64,000 bases of DNA. It comes from a phage. Positions within the stretch are counted from its first letter, which is position 1; each line of letters begins with the position of its first letter. The position numbers and the translations under genes were made by a program. Under the pieces are notes generated by a model that was not told where the DNA came from, made no database searches, and worked only from the letters and a program-made list of their open reading frames with translations. Below, piece by piece: positions 39,361 through 47,917 of the stretch. The stretch lies in the sequence record PZ534512.1; one strand, 5' to 3'.

Positions 39361-39742
39361 AATGTATAAAGTGTATGCGGATTATCAGGCTAATCCATCT
39401 GAAAAGCCAGGTTGTCAAATTGGATGGGCTCATGATACTTTGCTTGAAGCAGTAGATGCTGCTCAAAAATTGGGATATAAATATGTAGAGATTGTTCAAC
39501 CGTCAGGAAAAGTTATTACTCTTGAAGAGTTCAATAACATTAAACCAAACTTTTTACTTTTTGCAGGTGATAATTATTATCCTCGTGGTGGATATGCTGA
39601 TTTAATCGCGAAAGCCGCCACTGAAGATGAACTCCGTGACATTATCAAAGAAAATGAAAACAAACCAGATTATGGTTCTAATCGCTTTGATTGGTGGCAA
39701 ATTGTAAATGCCAATACGCATACTATTGTTGATGAAGGTTGA
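39353..39742 (+). CDS. hypothetical protein (about 127 aa)
   Basis: ORF with typical phage codon usage; start could be 39362. Confidence 0.5.
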   Translation: MNRMYKVYADYQANPSEKPGCQIGWAHDTLLEAVDAAQKLGYKYVEIVQPSGKVITLEEFNNIKPNFLLFAGDNYYPRGGYADLIAKAATEDELRDIIKENENKPDYGSNRFDWWQIVNANTHTIVDEG

Positions 39743-40032
39743 TAATGATTCTTTATGCGAAAGTATCGTCCATTGAAAATGGATATAAATATGATCAAGA
39801 CGCGGCTAAAGCCTTGATTGATGATTATGGCATTTTAACATATTTTGAAGTTGAAAAGGTTTACATTGACCGTTCATCTTCACAAGTTAAATTAGTAAAG
39901 GAAGACCGTAAATTTAATACAGTAAATTTTGATTTCTTTATTGAAACAGAAAAAGGTCCTCTTGAATATGATATTTTCAAGAATCCTTTGGGTCTTGAAT
40001 GCATCGTAAATATGTATTATCATAAATGGTAA
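39739..40032 (+). CDS. hypothetical protein (97 aa)
   Basis: ORF overlapping the upstream stop (ATGA coupling). Confidence 0.5.
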   Translation: MIMILYAKVSSIENGYKYDQDAAKALIDDYGILTYFEVEKVYIDRSSSQVKLVKEDRKFNTVNFDFFIETEKGPLEYDIFKNPLGLECIVNMYYHKW

Positions 40033-40129
40033 ATATGCTTTAAGAATTATTTGTTATTATTAACTCATATCGCACTGATTAATACCCTCTATCATCAAGG
40101 GTTCTTGCTTAAGAGCCTTTGTTAATAAT

Positions 40130-40202
40130 TGGGAATTAGCCAAGTTGGTAAGGCACTGGATTTTGATTCCAGGATGCAAAGGTTCGAGTCCTTTATTCCC
40201 AG
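40130..40202 (+). tRNA. tRNA-Gln (anticodon TTG)
   Basis: Cloverleaf read by eye: acceptor TGGGAAT/ATTCCCA, anticodon loop TTTTGAT, T-arm GGTTCGAGTCC. Confidence 0.85.
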
Positions 40203-40203
40203 C

Positions 40204-40290
40204 GCGAGAATGGTCAAATTGGTAAAGGCACAGCACTTAAAATGCTGCGGAATGATTTCCTTGTGGGTTCGAGTCCCACTTCTCGTACCA
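40204..40290 (+). tRNA. tRNA-Leu (anticodon TAA), long variable arm, CCA encoded
   Basis: Acceptor GCGAGAA, anticodon loop CTTAAAA, T-arm GGTTCGAGTCC, 3' ACCA. Confidence 0.85.
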
Positions 40291-40296
40291 AAGTTT

Positions 40297-40368
<72 letters not shown>

Positions 40369-40380
40369 AAATTTAATTTA

Positions 40381-40454
40381 CTCCGTGTAGCTCAGTTTGG
40401 TAGAGCGTCTGCTTTGGGAGCAGAATGTCGTAGGTTCAAATCCTGCCACGGAGA
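40381..40454 (+). tRNA. tRNA-Pro (anticodon TGG)
   Basis: Acceptor CTCCGTG/CACGGAG, anticodon loop TTTGGGA, T-arm GGTTCAAATCC. Confidence 0.85.
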
Positions 40455-40456
40455 CT

Positions 40457-40543
40457 GGAGGCGTGGCAGAGTGGTTTAATGCACCGGTCTTGAAAACCGG
40501 CAGTCGCTCCGGCGACTCATAGGTTCAAATCCTATCGCCTCCG
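40457..40543 (+). tRNA. tRNA-Ser (anticodon TGA), long variable arm
   Basis: Acceptor GGAGGCG/CGCCTCC, anticodon loop CTTGAAA, T-arm GGTTCAAATCC. Confidence 0.85.
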
Positions 40544-40550
40544 TAATTTC

Positions 40551-40623
40551 GCTGATTTAGCTCAGTAGGTAGAGCAACTCACTTGTAATGAGGACGTCGG
40601 CGGTTCGATTCCGTCAATCAGCA
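40551..40623 (+). tRNA. tRNA-Thr (anticodon TGT)
   Basis: Acceptor GCTGATT/AATCAGC, anticodon loop CTTGTAA, T-arm GGTTCGATTCC. Confidence 0.85.
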
Positions 40624-40629
40624 TATCAA

Positions 40630-40701
40630 GGCCCTGTAGCTGGAAGGTTCAAGCAAGCGACTCATAATCGCCAGATGGTGGTTCAATTCCACCCAGGGCC
40701 A
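40630..40701 (+). tRNA. tRNA with CAT anticodon (T4 tRNA-Ile type reading AUA after modification, or Met)
   Basis: Acceptor GGCCCTG/CAGGGCC, anticodon loop CTCATAA, T-arm GGTTCAATTCC. Confidence 0.8.
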
Positions 40702-40742
40702 TATTTTGGGAACATAAATACTCTTAGAAATAGGAGATATTT

Positions 40743-41408
40743 ATGTTCCATTACACTTATAAAATAACAAATAAAATTAATAATAAAATCTATATAGGCG
40801 CTCATTCTACCGAAAATTTAGATGATGGATATATGGGTTCTGGTAAATTATTAAAAAGAGCCCAAGACAAGTATGGTATAGAAAATTTCTCTAAAGAAAT
40901 ATTAGAGTTCTTTGACGATAAAACCTCTATGTTTGAGTCAGAAAAGAATATTGTGACTGAAGAGTTTTTAAAGCGCCCTGACGTTTATAATTTGAAATTA
41001 GGTGGTGAAGGTGGTTGGGACCATTTAAACACTGAAGAATATTTGGATAAAAAGAAAGAAGCTTCCTTAAAAGGAGTTGCCGCTTTTAAAACCAGATTTG
41101 AGAACGACCCAGACCTTAAAGAAAAATATCGTAAAATGGGTTCAGAAAGGTTTAAACAGCTTTGGGATAATCCTAAGTATAGAGAGAAATTTTTAAATAC
41201 TAAATCTTTCTTGGGTAAGACCCATACTCCTGAAACTATTAATAAAATGAAAGAATCTCACGCCAGAAATAAACACCAACAGGGCGAAAAGAATTCCCAA
41301 TTTGGTATGATGTGGATTCATTCATTAGATGAAAAAGTTTCTAAACGTATTAAGAAAACTGACCCAATTCCAGAAGGATGGTTTAAAGGTCGAAAAATGA
41401 AATTTTAA
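40743..41408 (+). CDS. segB: GIY-YIG homing endonuclease SegB-like (221 aa)
   Basis: N-terminal GIY-YIG-type motifs (YTYKITNKINNKIYIGAH...YMGSG); 221 aa and location inside the tRNA cluster as for T4 segB. Confidence 0.85.
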   Translation: MFHYTYKITNKINNKIYIGAHSTENLDDGYMGSGKLLKRAQDKYGIENFSKEILEFFDDKTSMFESEKNIVTEEFLKRPDVYNLKLGGEGGWDHLNTEEYLDKKKEASLKGVAAFKTRFENDPDLKEKYRKMGSERFKQLWDNPKYREKFLNTKSFLGKTHTPETINKMKESHARNKHQQGEKNSQFGMMWIHSLDEKVSKRIKKTDPIPEGWFKGRKMKF

Positions 41409-41411
41409 CTA

Positions 41412-41488
<77 letters not shown>

Positions 41489-41804
41489 GACAAGAAGCCG
41501 GGTCGCTACCGGTAAGTCGTCGGACTGATGTTCCCTGAGTAAGGAATTGCGTTAATAATCTTTGCGTTTATTGATGCCCTCTTATATCACAGCAGAAACG
41601 GCGCACCGAATTATCGATTCGAGGAAATATCTTTGCCGTAAGCCGAGTAGCGTTTTTGACGGAACGTTCGGATATGGTCGAGATATGGCCTTTTAAAAAT
41701 ATTGAGTAGCGTCAACTGCTTGATAACCGGGTTCAAATCCCGGCGTTTCGTACAAACACTTGCCTTAGCAGGTGGAACCCCGACAAGGTTGCCGCAAGGC
41801 TTAG
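41489..41804 (+). ncRNA. ORF-free region after tRNA-Arg, probable stable small RNAs (T4 species 1/2, rnaC/rnaD equivalent)
   Basis: No ORF; tRNA-like T-arm element (CCGGGTTCAAATCCCGG); ends at a strong terminator; T4 encodes two stable RNAs at this position. Confidence 0.5.
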
Positions 41805-41832
41805 CCCCGACCGAAAGGTTGGGGCTTTTTAG
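41805..41832 (+). terminator. intrinsic terminator (10-bp stem, GAAA tetraloop, T-run)
   Basis: AGCCCCGACC-GAAA-GGTTGGGGCT followed by TTTTT. Confidence 0.8.
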
Positions 41833-41880
41833 TATAAATATAGTAGTATATTAAATCCACGAATTAAAACAGGAAATAAG

Positions 41881-42354
41881 ATGAAATCATATACTCAATT
41901 TTTAAATGAAGCGGTGTTAAATGAAGCATCTAGCACCGAAATTCAAGCTGTCGCAAAAGCAGCCATTGCAGCGGGTAAATATTCTTATAAAGATGCTTCT
42001 GATGAATCGCGATTCCAGTTCGCACGCGACATGAAAGCGGAAGGATTTACGGGAAATGCAGTTAGTATGGCCTGGAAAAGTTTAGTTGCTACTGGCGCTG
42101 CTTTTGCAAAGGCTTCGGGTAAACCTGCTCCTAAAGCAGATCCTAAAGTCGCACAAGAGAAAAATATTGTTAAAGGAATTATCTCCAAATATGAAGCTAT
42201 CCTTAAAGAGCTTTTAGTAATCAAAACTGAAGGCCAAAAACTAGCTCGTGCTTATAGTTTCAAAGATAACCCACATGCTCACTCTCTTGAGTATGTTGAA
42301 GACATTCAAAAAATTATTAAAGACCGCATTTGGTCTGCTAAACAAATCAAATAA
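41881..42354 (+). CDS. internal-protein-like protein with capsid targeting sequence (157 aa)
   Basis: N-terminus MKSYTQFLNEA resembles the T4 CTS; bracketed by near-identical terminator hairpins. Confidence 0.6.
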   Translation: MKSYTQFLNEAVLNEASSTEIQAVAKAAIAAGKYSYKDASDESRFQFARDMKAEGFTGNAVSMAWKSLVATGAAFAKASGKPAPKADPKVAQEKNIVKGIISKYEAILKELLVIKTEGQKLARAYSFKDNPHAHSLEYVEDIQKIIKDRIWSAKQIK

Positions 42355-42361
42355 CATTCTT

Positions 42362-42389
42362 AGCCCTAGCCGAAAGGTTGGGGCTTTTT
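42362..42389 (+). terminator. intrinsic terminator (near-copy of the one at 41805)
   Basis: AGCCCTAGCC-GAAA-GGTTGGGGCT followed by TTTTT. Confidence 0.8.
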
Positions 42390-42522
42390 GGTATCTAGGC
42401 CTTTCCAGGCCTCTCTAGACATCATTTAGTTTCTACCCTTTATAATATATTATCCTATCCTTTGATTTCCCCTCCCTGCCCTAGAATTCCTCAAAACTTT
42501 TTAAAAATTTTTTCACAAAACG

Positions 42523-42552
42523 GTTTACATCCTTGTCCTTCCATGGTACTAT
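42523..42552 (+). promoter_or_regulatory. T4-type early promoter
   Basis: GTTTAC -35 (42523-42528), 18-nt spacer, TACTAT -10 (42547-42552); upstream A/T-rich TTTTTCACAAAACG. Confidence 0.7.
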
Positions 42553-42595
42553 ACAACTATCAACTACTGATACAGAAAACAACTTGGAGAATGAA

Positions 42596-42859
42596 ATGGA
42601 TAATTACGGCGAACTGTTCAACTTCTTTATGAAATGTGTTTCAGAAGATTTTGGTCGTACAGTGAATGATATTAAAGTTATCGGTCCTGATCATCCGATG
42701 TTTGAAACTTATGCAGTAATGGGTAATGAAGATGGTCAGTGGTATACTGTAAAGGTTGTAATTAATATGTTCACGGCAGAAGGTTATGTTAAACTGTCTT
42801 CTAAAGTTTACCATGATAACGACGAAATCGCAGAAGAATATTTCAATAATATGAAATAA
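42596..42859 (+). CDS. hypothetical protein (87 aa)
   Basis: ATG after GGAGAA downstream of the early promoter; the ORF-track 5' extension begins at a TTG inside the promoter. Confidence 0.55.
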   Translation: MDNYGELFNFFMKCVSEDFGRTVNDIKVIGPDHPMFETYAVMGNEDGQWYTVKVVINMFTAEGYVKLSSKVYHDNDEIAEEYFNNMK

Positions 42860-42861
42860 TT

Positions 42862-42891
42862 GTGTACAAACACCAAGGATGGTGTTATTAT
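42862..42891 (+). promoter_or_regulatory. putative early promoter
   Basis: GTGTAC -35-like and TATTAT -10; shares the downstream TATAGACTTATCA leader with the promoter at 43081. Confidence 0.5.
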
Positions 42892-42928
42892 AGACTTATC
42901 AAAACAAATACAGAAACGGAGAAATAAA

Positions 42929-43092
42929 TGACTACTTTAATTATTTGGTTCGACGAAAATGAAGAAACATACTGCGTGAACATTGGCGAAAGCCCAATGC
43001 CAGAATTTGAATCTTCAGATAAAAACTCGGTTGTATCTTGGGCTGAAGGTTATAAAGCAGCAAAAGGCGATGTTGAAATAGTTTACATCTAA
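42929..43092 (+). CDS. hypothetical small protein (54 aa)
   Basis: ATG-initiated ORF below the 60-aa track threshold, behind a promoter-like element. Confidence 0.35.
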
Positions 43093-43110
43093 GTATGAAG
43101 GCGTTACTAT
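43081..43110 (+). promoter_or_regulatory. T4-type early promoter
   Basis: GTTTAC (43081-43086), TACTAT (43105-43110). Confidence 0.6.
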
Positions 43111-43136
43111 AGACTTATCATCACAAGGAAAACATT

Positions 43137-43472
43137 ATGAAACGTAACTTTAGTAAAGCTTTTTGTAATAGAAATGATTATCCTGAAGAGCTTTTTGAAT
43201 CTAAGGAATTTAAAGAGTTTAACGAACGTTCTCAAAACATGCCTGTACAGTGGGTATTGGATTATGCTAACCGTATCTTTGAAGGCGTACGTTTCGTTGG
43301 CCCCGATGATGAAGCTCCTTATTTTAAAAAGGCTTGGGAACTCGCCAACCAAGCATATATCAATGCTTTAGAATCTTCTAAAGGTACTGACGATGATTTT
43401 ATTTTATTGGCTATCAATGATGCCGTTGTCGAGGCCATCGACGCCTTTATCGACGAGCTAGACGAAGAATAA
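43137..43472 (+). CDS. hypothetical acidic protein (111 aa)
   Basis: ORF downstream of early promoter. Confidence 0.5.
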   Translation: MKRNFSKAFCNRNDYPEELFESKEFKEFNERSQNMPVQWVLDYANRIFEGVRFVGPDDEAPYFKKAWELANQAYINALESSKGTDDDFILLAINDAVVEAIDAFIDELDEE

Positions 43473-43503
43473 GTTTACAATCTATTAGAAACGTGATATT
43501 ATC
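43473..43503 (+). promoter_or_regulatory. T4-type early promoter
   Basis: GTTTAC (43473-43478) and TATTAT-like -10 near 43498. Confidence 0.55.
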
Positions 43504-43529
43504 TAATTATACAAACCTAAGGAAATACT

Positions 43530-44123
43530 ATGAACACACTGAAGAAAATTGTTGAGTTTATTCGCACTAAACTTGGTTCTGCTATGGCTAAAAATCTATC
43601 TGTTGAAGAACAGTATACTGCTGCGGCAGCAAAACTACTTGATAAGATTAAAGATCTAAAAACTGCTTCTGTTAAATCTATTAATGAAGAAAAGCGTATT
43701 CGTGAACTTATTGTCGAAAAGAATAAGCAGGCCGAATCAAAAGAGCGTGAAATTCGCAAGCTTCTTTCGGAAGGTCAAGATGTAACAATGCATGCTAAAC
43801 TTGGTTTACTATATCGTCGAACAGCTGAGCAGTTGACTACTAAAGCTGATGGTTATGCTGAAATGCGAATTGAAATCGCCAAGAAAGTAGTTGAATTGGA
43901 TGATGCTCGCCAAGAACTTGCAGTTAAATTGGAATATATCCGTGAAACTCGTGCAGCAAATGCCCTTGGAATTAGTACTGCTGATGATGTAGTTGAAATT
44001 GCAGCACTGACTAAGGTTGATATTGAAGATACTCTTGCTCGAGTTGAAACCTTTAATGGCAATATTTCTGGGGTTGAAACTACCTCTGCCGATGTTCAGG
44101 AATATATTAATTCTCTGAAATAA
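43530..44123 (+). CDS. hypothetical coiled-coil protein (197 aa)
   Basis: Long heptad-rich helical sequence; followed by GGGGCTTCGGCCCC hairpin. Confidence 0.5.
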
Positions 44124-44128
44124 TGATA

Positions 44129-44144
44129 AGGGGCTTCGGCCCCT
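44129..44144 (+). terminator. hairpin after the coiled-coil gene
   Basis: AGGGGC-TTCG-GCCCCT; no clean T-run, so efficiency uncertain. Confidence 0.45.
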
Positions 44145-44164
44145 ATTACTTGGAGTAAGTAGGA

Positions 44165-44773
44165 ATGAAAATGCAAAGTGATTTCAATTCAATGTTTGAA
44201 GAGTTCCAAAGACAGGTTGATGTTCCAGATCAATTATTAAATGCTCTTAAACGTATGGCAGAAGGACGTAATTATTATTGGGGTTCTTCATATGAAACTG
44301 ATGAAAGTCTTTCTAGAGGATTTTCTAGAGGTAAAAAGTCTTTAATACGTCCTGGAATACTTATTAACAGTATTGAATCAATTCATTTATTAACATGCGA
44401 TTTTGACGTTGAATTTACTGATTTTGTTTCTCCTGAATGGACGGTCTGTTATTTAAACGACGATTATGATTATCTTGGCGTTTATAGTTTAAGTGATGCA
44501 CGGTTTAAACGTAATTTACAAAAGTCAAATTTATTTTATATTGATACTACTGTAAAATTTCAGGGCAAGAAATATTTCTTTACTCTTATAGTTGATTCTG
44601 AAACGAAGCATGAAAATAAACGTATTCTTAGTAAAAAGAATATCTTAACTATTGTCGATGATCTTTTTGATAAATTCGTAGAAAATCCCAATTTTGAAAG
44701 CGATTTATTATTAGAAAAATTTGTGAAGGAATGCAGAGAATATGTCAAAGCCATCAATGTATCTTCCAAGTAA
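44165..44773 (+). CDS. hypothetical protein (202 aa)
   Basis: ORF; C-terminal FVKECREYVK shared with the three downstream membrane-protein ORFs. Confidence 0.5.
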   Translation: MKMQSDFNSMFEEFQRQVDVPDQLLNALKRMAEGRNYYWGSSYETDESLSRGFSRGKKSLIRPGILINSIESIHLLTCDFDVEFTDFVSPEWTVCYLNDDYDYLGVYSLSDARFKRNLQKSNLFYIDTTVKFQGKKYFFTLIVDSETKHENKRILSKKNILTIVDDLFDKFVENPNFESDLLLEKFVKECREYVKAINVSSK

Positions 44774-45134
44774 ACCGTTGAAGTATGAATTAAAGCGCCA
44801 GCTAATTTCTACTGATGTATTAATAGGTCCTGTAATAGCTGTATCATTTGTAATTCTACTGGGGGTTGGAATAGTTATAGATGTTATGACTGATATTGAA
44901 TCTAATATAATATTTGCGTCAACATTAATTCTTCCAATGATAGTTCCATTTTTATTAGTACCTGTAAATTGGGTAGGATACTGGTATCAAGGAAGACATT
45001 ATCGTAAACGCGTACGCGATTGGAAAGCTCAGTGTAAAAAGATTAAAAATGAACACCAGCTTAAACTTGCTGCGTATGAATTTGATGAAATTATGAAATT
45101 TGTTAAGGAATCACGATGCAAAAGCCAAAACTAA
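44742..45134 (+). CDS. small membrane protein, paralog 1 (130 aa)
   Basis: Two predicted TM helices; C-terminal FVKESRCK tail; overlaps neighbours. Confidence 0.5.
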   Translation: MSKPSMYLPSKPLKYELKRQLISTDVLIGPVIAVSFVILLGVGIVIDVMTDIESNIIFASTLILPMIVPFLLVPVNWVGYWYQGRHYRKRVRDWKAQCKKIKNEHQLKLAAYEFDEIMKFVKESRCKSQN

Positions 45135-45490
45135 ATAAAGTTAAATATTCGTTTCCAGAGGCACTATTAATTCTTGCCGTATCAGCATTTGCAGCTCTTG
45201 CAGGTAGTCTTATTGGATTGTTAATTGACTGTTTTATTTTAAACATCCGTAGTAACGTCAGCGGTATAATAGATATAATAGAAGTTTGGAGTGAACTTCA
45301 TTATACTATAGCGATTTCATTATTTTCATTCTTTGGTACAATGTTATATTTTCATTATGATAATTTTAAAATAAATTGGCAAAGAAAAAAGGATTACAAA
45401 ATACAATTAAAGGAATATAATAGCTACATGTCTTATATTGAAAAAGAATCAATGGAAGAGTTTGTGAGTGATTGTAGGAAAATTAAATGA
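45116..45490 (+). CDS. small membrane protein, paralog 2 (124 aa)
   Basis: Two predicted TM helices; C-terminal FVSDCRKIK; ATGA overlap with next ORF. Confidence 0.5.
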   Translation: MQKPKLNKVKYSFPEALLILAVSAFAALAGSLIGLLIDCFILNIRSNVSGIIDIIEVWSELHYTIAISLFSFFGTMLYFHYDNFKINWQRKKDYKIQLKEYNSYMSYIEKESMEEFVSDCRKIK

Positions 45491-45975
45491 TTTTAAAAAC
45501 TCGCTGGTATGATTTAGATGATGGGGATGATGGCATTTCAGTTGATAGAGTTGACTGGAGTGGCTGTTCCGAAGATATGAAAAAAATGTTAATTAGGGAG
45601 TTTAGAATGGGATATCAAGCAGCTAAGCCATCTACTATAACAGATGATAAGTTCGTATGTATTCATAATGGTCGCGCTAAGTTAACGAACGCTGATTGGT
45701 TCACAGATAAAATTATGATTCTGTGGTATATTATTAGTCTTCCTGTGACATCATTCGTATTTTACTTTTTTATAAAAAATCCAATGGACAGAATAGGAGA
45801 TTGGATTCTTTTAACCATACTTGTTAATATTTTTACAGCAGCAATATTATCTGGGATATGGTGCGTGTTCATTGAAATGCCATGGCGGTTACGCAGACAG
45901 CAAAAGATTTTTGATGAAAAGAAATATACTCAAAATTTAAATAACTTTATCACTGAATGCAGGAAATTAAAATGA
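45487..45975 (+). CDS. small membrane protein, paralog 3 (162 aa)
   Basis: Two predicted TM helices; C-terminal FITECRKLK; ATGA overlap with nudE region. Confidence 0.5.
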   Translation: MILKTRWYDLDDGDDGISVDRVDWSGCSEDMKKMLIREFRMGYQAAKPSTITDDKFVCIHNGRAKLTNADWFTDKIMILWYIISLPVTSFVFYFFIKNPMDRIGDWILLTILVNIFTAAILSGIWCVFIEMPWRLRRQQKIFDEKKYTQNLNNFITECRKLK

Positions 45976-46412
45976 AAACACTATCAGCTGGTATTATCTT
46001 TATGACAGAAGATAAAGATTTATTTATGGGACGAGTTACTGGTTCTCGTAAACCTGGATTGATGGCACATCGCTGGGATATTCCAAAGGGGCGTGTAGAA
46101 AGTTCTGATTTAAGCGCATTAGATGCAGCACGAAGAGAATGCTTAGAAGAGACCGGTTTTAGCAATTATAATCCAGACCTTCTAGAAGACCTAGGTGTAT
46201 TTAAATATTCTAGTAATAAAGACCTACAGTTATTTTATTATACGATTCCAGTAGAGCATGAGATGTTTAGAAATTGCCATTGCGAGTCTTATTTTGAAAA
46301 TAAAGATGGTGTTATGATTCCAGAAATGGACGCTTTTGCTCTTATTCCTCGTACTCAGTGGCAATATGTGATGGGTCCTTCACTTTACCGAATAATGAAC
46401 AGCCTCTTTTAA
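45957..46412 (+). CDS. nudE: Nudix hydrolase NudE (151 aa; alternative start 45972)
   Basis: Nudix-box-like segment (GRVESSDLSALDAARRECLEETGF, REx2EE core); 151 aa, directly upstream of e as in T4. Confidence 0.8.
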   Translation: MQEIKMKTLSAGIIFMTEDKDLFMGRVTGSRKPGLMAHRWDIPKGRVESSDLSALDAARRECLEETGFSNYNPDLLEDLGVFKYSSNKDLQLFYYTIPVEHEMFRNCHCESYFENKDGVMIPEMDAFALIPRTQWQYVMGPSLYRIMNSLF

Positions 46413-46943
<531 letters not shown>

Positions 46944-46947
46944 AGCT

Positions 46948-46977
46948 GTTTACTTTCTCTTGCAATTGTGATAGTAT
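46948..46977 (+). promoter_or_regulatory. T4-type early promoter
   Basis: GTTTAC (46948-46953), TAGTAT -10 (46972-46977), upstream of the IP-like gene at 47032. Confidence 0.6.
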
Positions 46978-47031
46978 ATTCACAGTTACTTGAATAGATA
47001 AATTACTAATTAAAATATTTAAAGGAAACGC

Positions 47032-47349
47032 ATGAAAACATATCAAGAATTTATTGCAGAATCTGCTGCAGGACAGCGTGTAGAAGGCGGTTATATCTGG
47101 ATTGAACAAGTTGAGCCGCCAAGTCGCACTTCTACAGGTAAATGGAAAATCACTGTTGATGGTCCTGGTGGTAAACGTAGGACTCTTAAAGAAATTAACG
47201 GGTACTATGAAGAAGCTCTTTCTGACGCGGGTACTTATATGATGCAAATCATGATTAAAAACCCAGAAAATCGTTTTGCGGCTAGAGTTTTCCGCCGTAT
47301 TGGAAATAAGCTTTATGATGCATATTCTAAAAACTTCCCTAAAGAATAA
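47032..47349 (+). CDS. internal protein with capsid targeting sequence (105 aa; ipIII/ipII locus)
   Basis: N-terminus MKTYQEFIAES equals the canonical T4 CTS; basic small protein downstream of e. Confidence 0.65.
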   Translation: MKTYQEFIAESAAGQRVEGGYIWIEQVEPPSRTSTGKWKITVDGPGGKRRTLKEINGYYEEALSDAGTYMMQIMIKNPENRFAARVFRRIGNKLYDAYSKNFPKE

Positions 47350-47365
47350 AAATTAAAGGATACAC

Positions 47366-47839
47366 ATGAAAACATATCAAGAATTTATTACTGAAGCAGC
47401 TATTAATTCTCAAATTATTGCTGAATCTTTTACTGATCTTTTGAAATTTAAAAAAGGTCAAAAAATCACTGCTGTATTGGATGATGGTACAGAAATTGAG
47501 ATGGATGTACAAGGATATAATTATGCAGTAGATGGAAAACTGTATAATAAATCTCATGCTAAATTTGATTCATTTGACGACTTTGTTAATACAGTTGAAG
47601 ATGAAAAAACTCGTCGATCCATTGCAACTGGTGATGCTAAGGTTCTTATGGCACATGGTCATGAACGCATTCGCGCTAAACAGAATAAAATGGGTGAAGA
47701 TAATTTTGCATTAGTTGGTTATCAATCTGGTAAACAAACTTATGGCTATCAACGTACTGCTACAATGTATAATAAAAATGGTAAAATTGCCTTTGTAAAT
47801 AGTAAAGGTTCTATTCAGTACGTTAAATCGTTCAAATAA
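47366..47839 (+). CDS. internal protein with capsid targeting sequence (157 aa; ipII/ipIII locus)
   Basis: N-terminus MKTYQEFITEA equals the canonical CTS. Confidence 0.65.
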   Translation: MKTYQEFITEAAINSQIIAESFTDLLKFKKGQKITAVLDDGTEIEMDVQGYNYAVDGKLYNKSHAKFDSFDDFVNTVEDEKTRRSIATGDAKVLMAHGHERIRAKQNKMGEDNFALVGYQSGKQTYGYQRTATMYNKNGKIAFVNSKGSIQYVKSFK

Positions 47840-47917
47840 TATGGGAACAGCCTGGACCTCATTTGAGGTATTCCCGCCAACCTGTGATAAGGTCGAGCCA
47901 AAGCGCGGTAATGGGTA

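Noticed and set aside
40105-40128. Possible MotA-box middle promoter (TTGCTTAA) upstream of tRNA-Gln
   Set aside because: The best -10 candidate would place the transcription start inside the tRNA; spacing does not fit, and the region also folds as a hairpin (GGTTCTTGCTTAAGAGCC).
42533-42595. N-terminal extensions of early ORFs in the ORF track (GTIQLSTTD-type leaders at 42533, 59855, 54183, 57773, 62845)
   Set aside because: These begin at TTG/GTG codons inside or upstream of the -35/-10 promoter elements; downstream ATGs with Shine-Dalgarno sequences are the plausible starts.
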